Notes: a model not told the origin generated them from the letters alone. A stretch of DNA of 34,356 nt from an uncultured Limnohabitans sp. (GCA_964397145.1 CAYNIK010000001.1:1-34356), one strand, 5' to 3'; positions 26,086 through 34,267 are shown, counted from the stretch's first letter. A program made the numbers and translations.

Positions 26086-27114
26086 ATGGAAGCTTTAGGT
26101 ACGTTTATTCAAAAACTTTCCTCACCTAGGAAAATTGTCATTACTACCCATGTGAAGCCTGATGCGGATGCCTTAGGGTCTTCTTTGGGTTTGGCTAACT
26201 ACCTAATCAAAAAAGGCCACGAGGTGACGGTTATTACGCCGTCGGACTATCCTTATTTTTTGACCTGGATGAAGGGCAACGATGCGGTGTTGGATTTTTC
26301 CAAAGAGGGAGATCGAAAGAAGGCCCTCGTCAAATTGGAAAAAGCCGAACTAATTTTCTGTTTGGACTTTTCTGTGTTGAACCGAGTAAATGAGTTGGGT
26401 GAATTGATTCGCCAATCCAAAGCCTTCATAGTCAACATTGATCACCACCAGGATCCGGAGGATTTTGCGCACCACAGGTTGTGGAGCACGCAAGCAGCAG
26501 CTACTTGTGAGCTTGTCTATGAACTGATTGTTTCTCTTGGGGACAAGGAGTTAATCGATAAGCACATTGCTTCTTGCCTATACGCGGGGATTTTGACCGA
26601 TACGGGAGGATTTCGCCATCCCAATACGACAAAAAATGTTCATTTGGTCGTAGCGGAATTGCTCGAAGCGGGAGCCAATGCGACGGAAATTGCAAATTTG
26701 ATTTACGATTCCAATTCGTTAAATCGTCTCAAATTCATCGGTTTTGCCATCACGAGGCGGTTGGTTGTTCGGGAAGATTTGCATACCGCCTATTTTGTGA
26801 TTAGTAAAAAAGATCTTAAAAAATATCAAAGCCAGACTGGAGACACCGAAGGTTTGGTGAATTATGCCTTATCTTTGGATGGAGTGAAGTTAGCCGCTTT
26901 ATTTTCTGAGCGAGAAGATGGGGTAAAAATTTCCTTCCGTTCGAGTGTGGATGTGGCAGTGAATAAGTTTGCTGCGGCTCACTTTGGAGGTGGAGGACAT
27001 AAAAACGCCTCTGGAGGAAAATCTTCCTTAAGCTTGAAGAAAACAGTTGCACGCTTTGAATCTCTAGTTCGAGAATATCAAGACGACCTTTTTCATTCCG
27101 AATCAGTATCCTAG
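26086..27114 (+). CDS. nrnA: DHH/DHHA1 phosphoesterase (nanoRNase / pAp phosphatase NrnA)
   Basis: H.KPDADALGS, CLD, NIDHH, LTDTGGF, KISFRS, GGGGHKNASG. Confidence 0.93.
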   Translation: MEALGTFIQKLSSPRKIVITTHVKPDADALGSSLGLANYLIKKGHEVTVITPSDYPYFLTWMKGNDAVLDFSKEGDRKKALVKLEKAELIFCLDFSVLNRVNELGELIRQSKAFIVNIDHHQDPEDFAHHRLWSTQAAATCELVYELIVSLGDKELIDKHIASCLYAGILTDTGGFRHPNTTKNVHLVVAELLEAGANATEIANLIYDSNSLNRLKFIGFAITRRLVVREDLHTAYFVISKKDLKKYQSQTGDTEGLVNYALSLDGVKLAALFSEREDGVKISFRSSVDVAVNKFAAAHFGGGGHKNASGGKSSLSLKKTVARFESLVREYQDDLFHSESVS

Positions 27115-27158
27115 ACCTAAACTAAAGACAGTAAAATTTGAAATTCACCTATCCATTT

Positions 27159-28085
27159 ATGAAAAATTACAAATCCCTAGTACTCCTATTTGCCCTTGTT
27201 ACTGGGGTAAGCACGCTATCTTCTTGCCAAAAAACAAAGGTAACTGAGAAGGATGCCATTGAATTTACCTACATCAATGAAGGAACAGAGAAGCCAGCCA
27301 ATGGTGATTTTCTATTGTACAACCTTGAAATTTTAACTCAGTCGGACTCTGTGATTTACAGTACGTTGACACAGCCTTTTCCAGGGTATTTGATGGCTAA
27401 CGATACCATTAAGGCTCAGAATGGAATGGATGAAATCTTCCTAAGCTTGAGAAAAGGGGATTCGATTACCTTCGAAGCAGCAGCAAAAATTATTTTCAGT
27501 GGCAATCAACCTGCTCCAATCAAGGAAGACGATTTGATTAAGGTGCGATTGGGTGCGTACGAAGTGAAGACTGAAGCCGAAATGCAGGCATTCTACGAGG
27601 AAGCTATGCAGAAAGAGCAGGAAAAAGCAGCAGAAAAAGCAAAAGTACTTCTTGTGGAAGAGGCTAAAACCATCGAAGCTTACTTGACTAAAAACAACTT
27701 GAAGGCACAAAAGACCCAAAGTGGATTGTACTACGTGATTGAAAAAGAAGGAACAGGTGAGGCAACTACTCCAGGTACTACCCTGTATGTAAACTATGCT
27801 GGCTATTTACTTGATGGTCCCCTATTTGATACTTCTTGGCCTGAACTTGCCAAAGCAAACAATAAATTTAACCCTGAGCGCCCTTACGAACCCCTTCCAG
27901 TGAATGTAGGCATGGGTCAAGTGATTCCAGGTTGGGACGAAGGCTTGATGCTGTTGAAAAAAGGATCTAAAGCCAAGTTAATCATTCCTTCTCCACTTGG
28001 TTATGGCGAAGGTGGTGCGGGAGCAGATATCCCTGGAAACTCTATTCTTGTATTTGACGTAGAAGTAACAGACGCTCAGAAATAA
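27159..28085 (+). CDS. FKBP-type peptidyl-prolyl isomerase lipoprotein (degenerate N-terminal + canonical C-terminal FKBP domain)
   Basis: Start reassigned to ATG 27159; lipobox LSSC; SGLYY, VNYAG.LLDG..FDTS, VIPGWDEGL, IPSPLGYG, IPGNSILVFDVE. Confidence 0.92.
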   Translation: MKNYKSLVLLFALVTGVSTLSSCQKTKVTEKDAIEFTYINEGTEKPANGDFLLYNLEILTQSDSVIYSTLTQPFPGYLMANDTIKAQNGMDEIFLSLRKGDSITFEAAAKIIFSGNQPAPIKEDDLIKVRLGAYEVKTEAEMQAFYEEAMQKEQEKAAEKAKVLLVEEAKTIEAYLTKNNLKAQKTQSGLYYVIEKEGTGEATTPGTTLYVNYAGYLLDGPLFDTSWPELAKANNKFNPERPYEPLPVNVGMGQVIPGWDEGLMLLKKGSKAKLIIPSPLGYGEGGAGADIPGNSILVFDVEVTDAQK

Positions 28086-28117
28086 GGAATAAACCCTAAA
28101 AAAGTAAGCCAGAACCT

Positions 28118-28678
28118 ATGAAATCCAGACTATTTGCCGCATTAACCTTGCTTGTAGGAGCACTCGCTATGCTATCCTGTGTGGATTCTGATCAAACGCA
28201 GGAAGTCATTTTGCAGCGAGACAAAGAAGCTATTGAAAAGTATCTTCAAGAAAACCCGATTGCAAGTGTGAAAGAATACAGCGAGCCAGTGGAAGGGTTT
28301 TATATGTTCTGGCAAGTTTCAGTAAAGCCAGATAGAAACAACCTATTGCGAGGAGATACAGTAACCGTCAACTATACTGGCAGGGATCTCAATAAGAAGG
28401 TTTTTGATACCTCCATCGAGCAGATTGCAAGAGATAATGGGATCTTCAATCCAACGAGACGTTACCAGCCTTTGCGTTACGCAGTGGGCTATGGATTTAC
28501 CATCACTGGATTTGAATTTGCCATTTCAATGATGCACCCAGGCGAAAAGGCTACTGTGATTTTTCCTTCTAGGCTTGGTTATGGAACACAGGCAAGTGGA
28601 TCTATTCCAGCAAACTCGCCATTGATATTTGAACTTGATCTTGTACAGGTTAAAAAAGGCCCGAATTTAAATCCATGA
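28118..28678 (+). CDS. FKBP-type peptidyl-prolyl isomerase lipoprotein
   Basis: Lipobox MLSC; VTVNYTG, FDTS, ITGFE, FPSRLGYG, IPANSPLIFELDL. Confidence 0.9.
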   Translation: MKSRLFAALTLLVGALAMLSCVDSDQTQEVILQRDKEAIEKYLQENPIASVKEYSEPVEGFYMFWQVSVKPDRNNLLRGDTVTVNYTGRDLNKKVFDTSIEQIARDNGIFNPTRRYQPLRYAVGYGFTITGFEFAISMMHPGEKATVIFPSRLGYGTQASGSIPANSPLIFELDLVQVKKGPNLNP

Positions 28679-29226
28679 TGCGAAATCTTTTAGTATTCTT
28701 CCTTTTTGCTCTAGTGGGCTTAAGTGCTTGTGAGACTCCTAATCCCTTTAATCAAGGTCCAGCGTATGATTTTGAAGGCAACTTGGCCATTGATCGAAAG
28801 AAAATTGCCGCCTACTTGGATACGGCCAAAATAGACAGTATTTACCGGATTCATGATCCAAGTGGGGTGGTGGTTATTGTTCAACAGGAAGGCAAAGGTT
28901 CTCGCCCGACCAACAATACAGTGGTGTATACGGATTACATTGGAAAGTTGATGGCTACTGGGACCGTGTTTGACACCTCTTATGAGGCAGTTGCCCGGCT
29001 CAACAATATATTTGTGGAGGGGAGGACCTATGCTCCACTTAGTTTTGTGGTGGGAGGTTCTACCGTTATCACGGGATGGGATATTGGATTCAAGCGACTC
29101 AGACCTACCTCCAAGGCGACCATCATTATTCCATCGCCTTATGGTTACAGCAACCAGAAGAATAACGATAAGATCCCAGAAAATTCCATCTTGATCTTTC
29201 AAGTAGATTTCTTAGGAATAGATTGA
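28675..29226 (+). CDS. FKBP-type peptidyl-prolyl isomerase lipoprotein
   Basis: Lipobox LSAC; YIGKL, FDTS, VITGWDIG, IPSPYGY, IPENSILIFQVD; ATGA overlap with the upstream stop. Confidence 0.9.
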   Translation: MMRNLLVFFLFALVGLSACETPNPFNQGPAYDFEGNLAIDRKKIAAYLDTAKIDSIYRIHDPSGVVVIVQQEGKGSRPTNNTVVYTDYIGKLMATGTVFDTSYEAVARLNNIFVEGRTYAPLSFVVGGSTVITGWDIGFKRLRPTSKATIIIPSPYGYSNQKNNDKIPENSILIFQVDFLGID

Positions 29227-29227
29227 T

Positions 29228-29251
29228 AAAGGGGCTTTGGCCCCTTTTTTT
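29228..29251 (+). terminator. Intrinsic terminator
   Basis: AAAGGGGC-TTTG-GCCCCTTTTTTT immediately after the third FKBP stop. Confidence 0.82.
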
Positions 29252-29408
29252 GGTCCTTGCCCTACCTTTTTAGAGGGGCAAGAGGCCTTTGGCTTCAAAA
29301 TTCTTTCTAACTTGTCGATGCAATGCCCCATTTGTAAGGAAGTGTTTTTTGGATGAACGAATGCGGGCCTACTTGCCAGAACCAATTCACCCAAATGACT
29401 TACTTTTT

Positions 29409-30617
29409 ATGAAAATAGGAATCATCCGAGAAGGAAAAATCCCTGCTGATCAACGTACCCCATTTACTCCAGAGATTCTACAAGAAATACAAAAACAGGT
29501 AGGTGATAGCCTGTCCATTTGTGTGGAACAAAGTGAATTCCGTTGCTACACAGAAGCAGAGTATCAGCGGTGTGGAATAGAGGTAGTTACTGACCTTTCG
29601 GATTCGGATATTCTATTTGGGGTTAAAGAAGTTCCTATTGACCAATTGATTCCAGAAAAGACCTATTTTTTCTTTTCTCATACGATTAAAAAACAACCCA
29701 AAAATAAAGGCTTGCTTCAGGCTATCTTGGCCAAATCCATCCGTTTAATTGATTATGAGCTCTTGAAGAACCCAGCTGGGGAGAGGGTAGTTGCCTTTGG
29801 GCGATGGGCTGGAATTGTAGGAGCCTACAATGCGTTTTGGACCTATGGGATGAAGACGGGTCTTTTTGAGATGAAAAGAGCCATGGCCTGCAGGGACTTG
29901 GAAGATTTAAAAGTAGAGTTGAAGAAAGTCGTCCTTCCTCCCATAAAAATCATTGTCACTGGAAGTGGACGAGTAGGAAAAGGCGTTCTAGAAATCTTAG
30001 AAATCCTAGGCATTCAAGAAGTCCAGACTCAAGATTTCCTCCAAAAGGACTACGAAGAACCCGTGTTTGTATGCCTTTCTTCTTCCGATTACTTGCGAAG
30101 AAAGTCGGATGGGGGATTTGAGAGGGCCCATTTTTATGCCAATCCTGAATCCTATGAAAGCCACTTTTTGCCTTTTGCCCAAGTGGGCGAAATTTTGATT
30201 GCCGCTGCCTATTGGGATCCGTGCGCGCCACGATTATTTGAGATGGAGGCTATCCAATCGCCTAAATTCGCTATTTCGGTCATTGCAGACATTACCTGTG
30301 ATATCAATGGGTCCATCCCCACGACACGACGCGCTTCTACCATTTTGGATCCGGTGTACGATGTAGATCGTCACACAGCAGAAGAGCTACCCGCCTTCGG
30401 GAAGCAAGATAGTATTTCGGTGATGGCCATCGATAATTTACCTTGTGAACTTCCTAGGGAATCCTCTGCTGAATTTGCCCGACAGCTTCGGGACTGGGTA
30501 ATCCCGGAATTGGGGAAAGCCATTTCTCCAATTCTCGAAAAAGCCACCATCGCCAGAGATGGAGATTTGACCTTGGAATTTATGTACCTGAGTGATTACG
30601 TGAGTGACACGATTTGA
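29409..30617 (+). CDS. AlaDh/PNT-family NAD(P)-dependent oxidoreductase (lysine-ketoglutarate reductase / saccharopine dehydrogenase-like)
   Basis: Start reassigned to ATG 29409 (MKIGIIREGK). GVKEVP, FFFSHTIKKQ, RLIDYE, AFGRWAG, TGSGRVG, DITCD..GSI, MAIDNLPCELPRE. Confidence 0.85.
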   Translation: MKIGIIREGKIPADQRTPFTPEILQEIQKQVGDSLSICVEQSEFRCYTEAEYQRCGIEVVTDLSDSDILFGVKEVPIDQLIPEKTYFFFSHTIKKQPKNKGLLQAILAKSIRLIDYELLKNPAGERVVAFGRWAGIVGAYNAFWTYGMKTGLFEMKRAMACRDLEDLKVELKKVVLPPIKIIVTGSGRVGKGVLEILEILGIQEVQTQDFLQKDYEEPVFVCLSSSDYLRRKSDGGFERAHFYANPESYESHFLPFAQVGEILIAAAYWDPCAPRLFEMEAIQSPKFAISVIADITCDINGSIPTTRRASTILDPVYDVDRHTAEELPAFGKQDSISVMAIDNLPCELPRESSAEFARQLRDWVIPELGKAISPILEKATIARDGDLTLEFMYLSDYVSDTI

Positions 30618-30626
30618 TTGATTTAA

Positions 30627-31289
30627 ATGAAACTAAACCGTTACCTTGAATCTACCCTCCTCAAGCCCACTGCCACTGAGCGAGAAATTGATTTTTTACT
30701 AGCAGAGGCGATTGCCGAACAGTTTATTGGGGTTTGTGTGCCTCCCTTTTGGGTAAAGAAAGCAAAGCGGGAGATTGGAGAGAACGATATTCAAGTGGTT
30801 ACTGTGATTGGTTTTCCTTTCGGTTATGAAACCACCGAGACAAAAATTGCTCAGACCCACGCTGCCATTGAAGCTGGGGCGGATGAATTGGATGTTGTCT
30901 GGTCCCAAACAGCCTACCACTCGGGAATGACTTGGCCAAAGATTGAACTTGCCCAATTGGCAAAAGTGAGTCATGCCTCCGAAAAGATTCTAAAAGTGAT
31001 CATTGAAACCGCCTACTTGAGTCCTGCACAAATTCAGGAAGCATGCTTGATTTGTCAGGATGCTGGAGCAGACTTTGTCAAAACCTCTACCGGGTATGCG
31101 CCTTCTGGAGCGAGGGTAGAGGATATCCAGCTGATGCGTCAGGTTCTTCCTTCTACCGTTGGCATCAAAGCGAGTGGAGGAATAAAGACCTTGGATCTAG
31201 CGTTGGCCTTAATCCAAGCAGGTGCGGATCGCTTGGGGACAAGCTCGGCCAAATCCCTAATGGATGCTTGGCGGAGTGAAAAAGGTTAG
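30627..31289 (+). CDS. deoC: Deoxyribose-phosphate aldolase
   Basis: TLLKP, VCVPP, TVIGFPFG, GADELDVV, KVIIET, GADFVKTSTG, IKASGGI, GADRLGTS. Confidence 0.97.
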   Translation: MKLNRYLESTLLKPTATEREIDFLLAEAIAEQFIGVCVPPFWVKKAKREIGENDIQVVTVIGFPFGYETTETKIAQTHAAIEAGADELDVVWSQTAYHSGMTWPKIELAQLAKVSHASEKILKVIIETAYLSPAQIQEACLICQDAGADFVKTSTGYAPSGARVEDIQLMRQVLPSTVGIKASGGIKTLDLALALIQAGADRLGTSSAKSLMDAWRSEKG

Positions 31290-32410
31290 CCCTTGGTAAA
31301 GTATATCAATAAGAATGGGATGATGAAAAAGGTGAGTAGGATGTAAGCAAAGCCAACGATCCGGTACTTCAAGGATATCCTTCCCATGTAGTTGGAAATC
31401 CAAACCGGAATTTTTCGAATACCGGAGAAAGGTAAAAAGATCAAGGCTCCAAAACTATTGAATAAAACATGAACCAAGGCTAGAGCAATGGCAGCTTCGG
31501 GCTTGTAAATGGAGGCAATGACAGCAGTGATGGTGGTACCAATGTTTGCTCCAATGATGAATGGGAAAGCTTTACTCAAGGTTACTTTTTTGCTGGCTAC
31601 CAGTGGCACTACCAAAGATGTAGTCACCGTACTGGATTGAACGGCTGCAGTAAAGAAAAGTCCATAAAAAAAGGCCAGCCCCGTTTTTTGAAAAATGACC
31701 TTGTTGATGTCCTGAAATGTGTTTTTGATAAAGGATTTGTACATGGCAGTGGACAAGACCTTGATTGCAAAAAACACAAGAATAATCGACAAAATCATGG
31801 ATACCACAGGTTGGTTGATCTGGGTGACCACCCACTCCGTCCAAGATCGGGTAAACATTCGGTTGTAGACAATGGGGCCTTCAAAGGAATTGTCTGAAGC
31901 AAACCAATCCGCAATATGGCTTGCAGTTTTGGATAGAAATCCAAAGTAAATTTCTAAGGGGAAAAGCAAAAAAACCGAAAGGATGTTGAACAAATCGTGT
32001 GAAATCCCTGCAGAAAGTGCTCGACGAAACTCCTTTTTATTCATCAGATACGATAAGGACACGAGCGTAGAGGTAAGCGTGGTTCCGATATTGGCCCCCA
32101 ATACAATCGGAACGGCTTGTTGTAGGGTTAGATTTCCTGAAGCTACGATTGCCACCACACTTGCGGTGACGGTCGAACTACTTTGAATTAATGCTGTAAC
32201 CAATAAGCCTATGAATAGGCTGATAAAGGGATTTTGGGTGGCATTAAGAATTTCTAATGCAAGGCCTCCATTGATGTTCCCGACGCCAACGGTAAGCAGG
32301 TCAATGGCAAAAATGAAAAGCAACAAGGCAAAGAATACCTGTGCATACTGTAAAAAATTTCCTGTGGCAGGACCCCCCTGCCTTTCCAAGTTATCCATTT
32401 TTGTAGTCAT
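31286..32410 (-). CDS. Na+/Pi cotransporter family (SLC34/NptA-like), no PhoU tail
   Basis: Duplicated signatures LIQSSSTVT...GANIGTTLT and AVQSSTVTT...GANIGTTIT, plus HDLFN and HVLFN. Confidence 0.92.
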   Translation of the reverse strand: MTTKMDNLERQGGPATGNFLQYAQVFFALLLFIFAIDLLTVGVGNINGGLALEILNATQNPFISLFIGLLVTALIQSSSTVTASVVAIVASGNLTLQQAVPIVLGANIGTTLTSTLVSLSYLMNKKEFRRALSAGISHDLFNILSVFLLFPLEIYFGFLSKTASHIADWFASDNSFEGPIVYNRMFTRSWTEWVVTQINQPVVSMILSIILVFFAIKVLSTAMYKSFIKNTFQDINKVIFQKTGLAFFYGLFFTAAVQSSTVTTSLVVPLVASKKVTLSKAFPFIIGANIGTTITAVIASIYKPEAAIALALVHVLFNSFGALIFLPFSGIRKIPVWISNYMGRISLKYRIVGFAYILLTFFIIPFLLIYFTKG

Positions 32411-32510
32411 AGGAACAATTCATCTGGATTGTCCCTATGATTACAAAAATTGTCTTTTTTTCCCTAAAATCAATTGAGATTTCTGTTTTTGGGGATTGTT
32501 TTTCTTTCTT

Positions 32511-32527
32511 TTAACAATTTAATAACA
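32511..32527 (+). promoter_or_regulatory. Candidate Pho-box-like direct repeat
   Basis: TTAACA (32511) and ATAACA (32522) repeat at an 11-bp period, in the -33 region of the -7 box at 32549-32556. Confidence 0.45.
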
Positions 32528-32548
32528 CGTGTTGCGGAATAACTTATT

Positions 32549-32556
32549 TATTTTTG
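32549..32556 (+). promoter_or_regulatory. -7 box for PiT-like gene
   Basis: TATTTTTG, 25 nt before ATG 32582. Confidence 0.55.
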
Positions 32557-32581
32557 GAACCAGTTCATCTCAATTTCTCCC

Positions 32582-33721
32582 ATGGCCAAGCAAAAGCTGA
32601 TTGATCAAAACATTAATCAGGAAAATCTTTCCAAAAAGACCTATTCGATTTTTGATTTTACCAAGACCGAACGGCCATTTTTAATCATCACGCTGATTCT
32701 TGTTTCCATAGCTGGCTTAATCACCGAGTACACCTATGCCGCCATGTGGTTTGGATTTGCTTTGGCAGCTTATTCCGCCATTGCCAATGACAGTATTCAG
32801 ACCATTGGAACCTTTATCGTTTCCAACCAAAAGATCAAGTGGTATTGGTTGTGGATTTTTATTGGTCTGATTTGGGTTGCCACGATCACCTACAGTTGGG
32901 TTGTTTTCAATGGAGATGTTTCCTTTCAGCTACTGAGCACGCCTGGGCTTGAAAAAGCACCCGAAGAATTCGTGTTCCTACAGTTAGCAGCTCCTATCGT
33001 GTTGTTGATCATGACACGAATGAGATGGCCCGTGTCTACTACATTTTTGTTACTCAACGTTTTTACCTACAAAGCAGGGACTATTGTTTCGGTAATGACC
33101 AAAAGCTTTTTGGGTTACGTGCTGGCTTTTGGTTTAGCAATTGTTGTGTGGTTTATGCTGGAGCGCTTTGTTAAAAATTACCTCAAAGGACAGGCGAGGT
33201 CCTATTGGATGGTCTTGCAATGGTTAACATCCGGGACGCTATGGGCGGTATGGATTATGCAAGATGCAGCCAACATTGCCGTATTCCTTCCAAGACAGTT
33301 GAATACCTTAGAATTTGTAGTCTATACCGGGTTTGTATTCTTAGGGCTTGGGCTCATATTTTTCTTGAAAGGAGACAAAATCCAGGACATCATCAATGAA
33401 AAAACAAATGTAGCCGATGTGCGCGCTGCCACCTTGGTGGATTTAGTGTACGCGGTGATTTTGTTCTATTTCAAGATGTACAATAACGTGCCGATGAGTA
33501 CTACCTGGGTGTTTATTGGATTGTTGGCTGGTAGAGAATTTGCGATTGCCTTGGGCAAACATGGGAAAGCAAAGAAACGAAGCGCTTGGTTGGTAAGGGC
33601 TTTTCGATTGGCTAGAAAAGACATGTTCAAAGCATTTGCCGGCTTGATAGTTTCTTTAATTCTTGCTTTTGTAATCAATAAGGGAGTTCGCGAAGAAATC
33701 TTGGCCCTCTTAAATTTCTAA
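32582..33721 (+). CDS. Polytopic membrane protein, putative divergent PiT/PHO4-fold phosphate transporter
   Basis: About 10 TMs with an internal repeat IANDSIQT...WPVSTTF and MQDAANIA...VPMSTTWVFIG, resembling the PiT GANDxAN and PVSTTH signatures. The CDS is certain; the function is inferred. Confidence 0.65.
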   Translation: MAKQKLIDQNINQENLSKKTYSIFDFTKTERPFLIITLILVSIAGLITEYTYAAMWFGFALAAYSAIANDSIQTIGTFIVSNQKIKWYWLWIFIGLIWVATITYSWVVFNGDVSFQLLSTPGLEKAPEEFVFLQLAAPIVLLIMTRMRWPVSTTFLLLNVFTYKAGTIVSVMTKSFLGYVLAFGLAIVVWFMLERFVKNYLKGQARSYWMVLQWLTSGTLWAVWIMQDAANIAVFLPRQLNTLEFVVYTGFVFLGLGLIFFLKGDKIQDIINEKTNVADVRAATLVDLVYAVILFYFKMYNNVPMSTTWVFIGLLAGREFAIALGKHGKAKKRSAWLVRAFRLARKDMFKAFAGLIVSLILAFVINKGVREEILALLNF

Positions 33722-33726
33722 AGACT

Positions 33727-34179
33727 TTGGACCTTTTTTCACACGAGTACTTCATGAATGAAGCCTTCAAGCAGGCAAAGATTGCTTTTGATGAAGGAGA
33801 AGTACCCGTTGGGGCGGTGGTGGTGGCCAAAAACAAGATAATTGCTCGCGCCTACAACCAGACCGAAAAGCTGAATGATGTTACAGCCCATGCCGAAATC
33901 TTGGCAGTAACAGCAGCGACAAATTACTTGGGGGGAAAATACCTGAATGAGTGTAGCCTCTACGTCACTCTCGAACCCTGTCCCATGTGTGCCGGAGCAC
34001 TTTACTGGGCACAGTTGGGTCAACTCTACCTCGGGGCCAAAGATCTCAAGCGAGGGTATAGGCAGTGCAATACCCATATGCTTCATCCAAAAACTAAAGT
34101 GACCGAAGGATTATTAGAGAAGGAATCGGAGCAATTACTCCTTGACTTTTTTCAAGGCCTTCGAAAAAAGTCTTTGTGA
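33727..34179 (+). CDS. tadA: tRNA adenosine(34) deaminase / nucleoside deaminase
   Basis: EVPVGAVVV, AHAEILA and YVTLEPCPMCAGAL zinc-deaminase motifs. Start is TTG 33727 or ATG 33754. Confidence 0.9.
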   Translation: MDLFSHEYFMNEAFKQAKIAFDEGEVPVGAVVVAKNKIIARAYNQTEKLNDVTAHAEILAVTAATNYLGGKYLNECSLYVTLEPCPMCAGALYWAQLGQLYLGAKDLKRGYRQCNTHMLHPKTKVTEGLLEKESEQLLLDFFQGLRKKSL

Positions 34180-34267
34180 ACGTGCAGAACTTTTTCAAGA
34201 AAAAGCTGGTTTTAAGGACATAATCAGTAGAACTCGTTAATTTTATCGTTCATTAAACCCTAATCTT

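Noticed and set aside
28720-29202. 160-aa antisense ORF within the third FKBP, and similar 60-140 aa antisense or alternate-frame ORFs throughout the track
   Set aside because: They are fully nested in well-supported genes and have no recognisable motifs or signals.
29252-29290. Second hairpin (TTGCCC...GGGCAA) after the FKBP terminator
   Set aside because: Short stem, large loop and no other copy in the window; insufficient to call an RNA or repeat element.
29289-29408. 40-aa N-terminal extension of the LKR-like ORF
   Set aside because: The family starts at MKIGIIREGK (29409). The extension looks like translated intergenic DNA.
32412-32575. Short repeats in the Na/Pi-PiT spacer (GGAACAATTCATCT vs GGAACCAGTTCATCT; AATTGAGAT/ATCTCAATT) as an invertible promoter
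   Set aside because: Only a 9-bp AT-rich inverted match, and no recombinase in the window; likely chance.
34180-34267. Fur/PerR box upstream of sod
   Set aside because: Only a weak TTAAT...ATTAA symmetry, with no convincing match to the 19-bp consensus.
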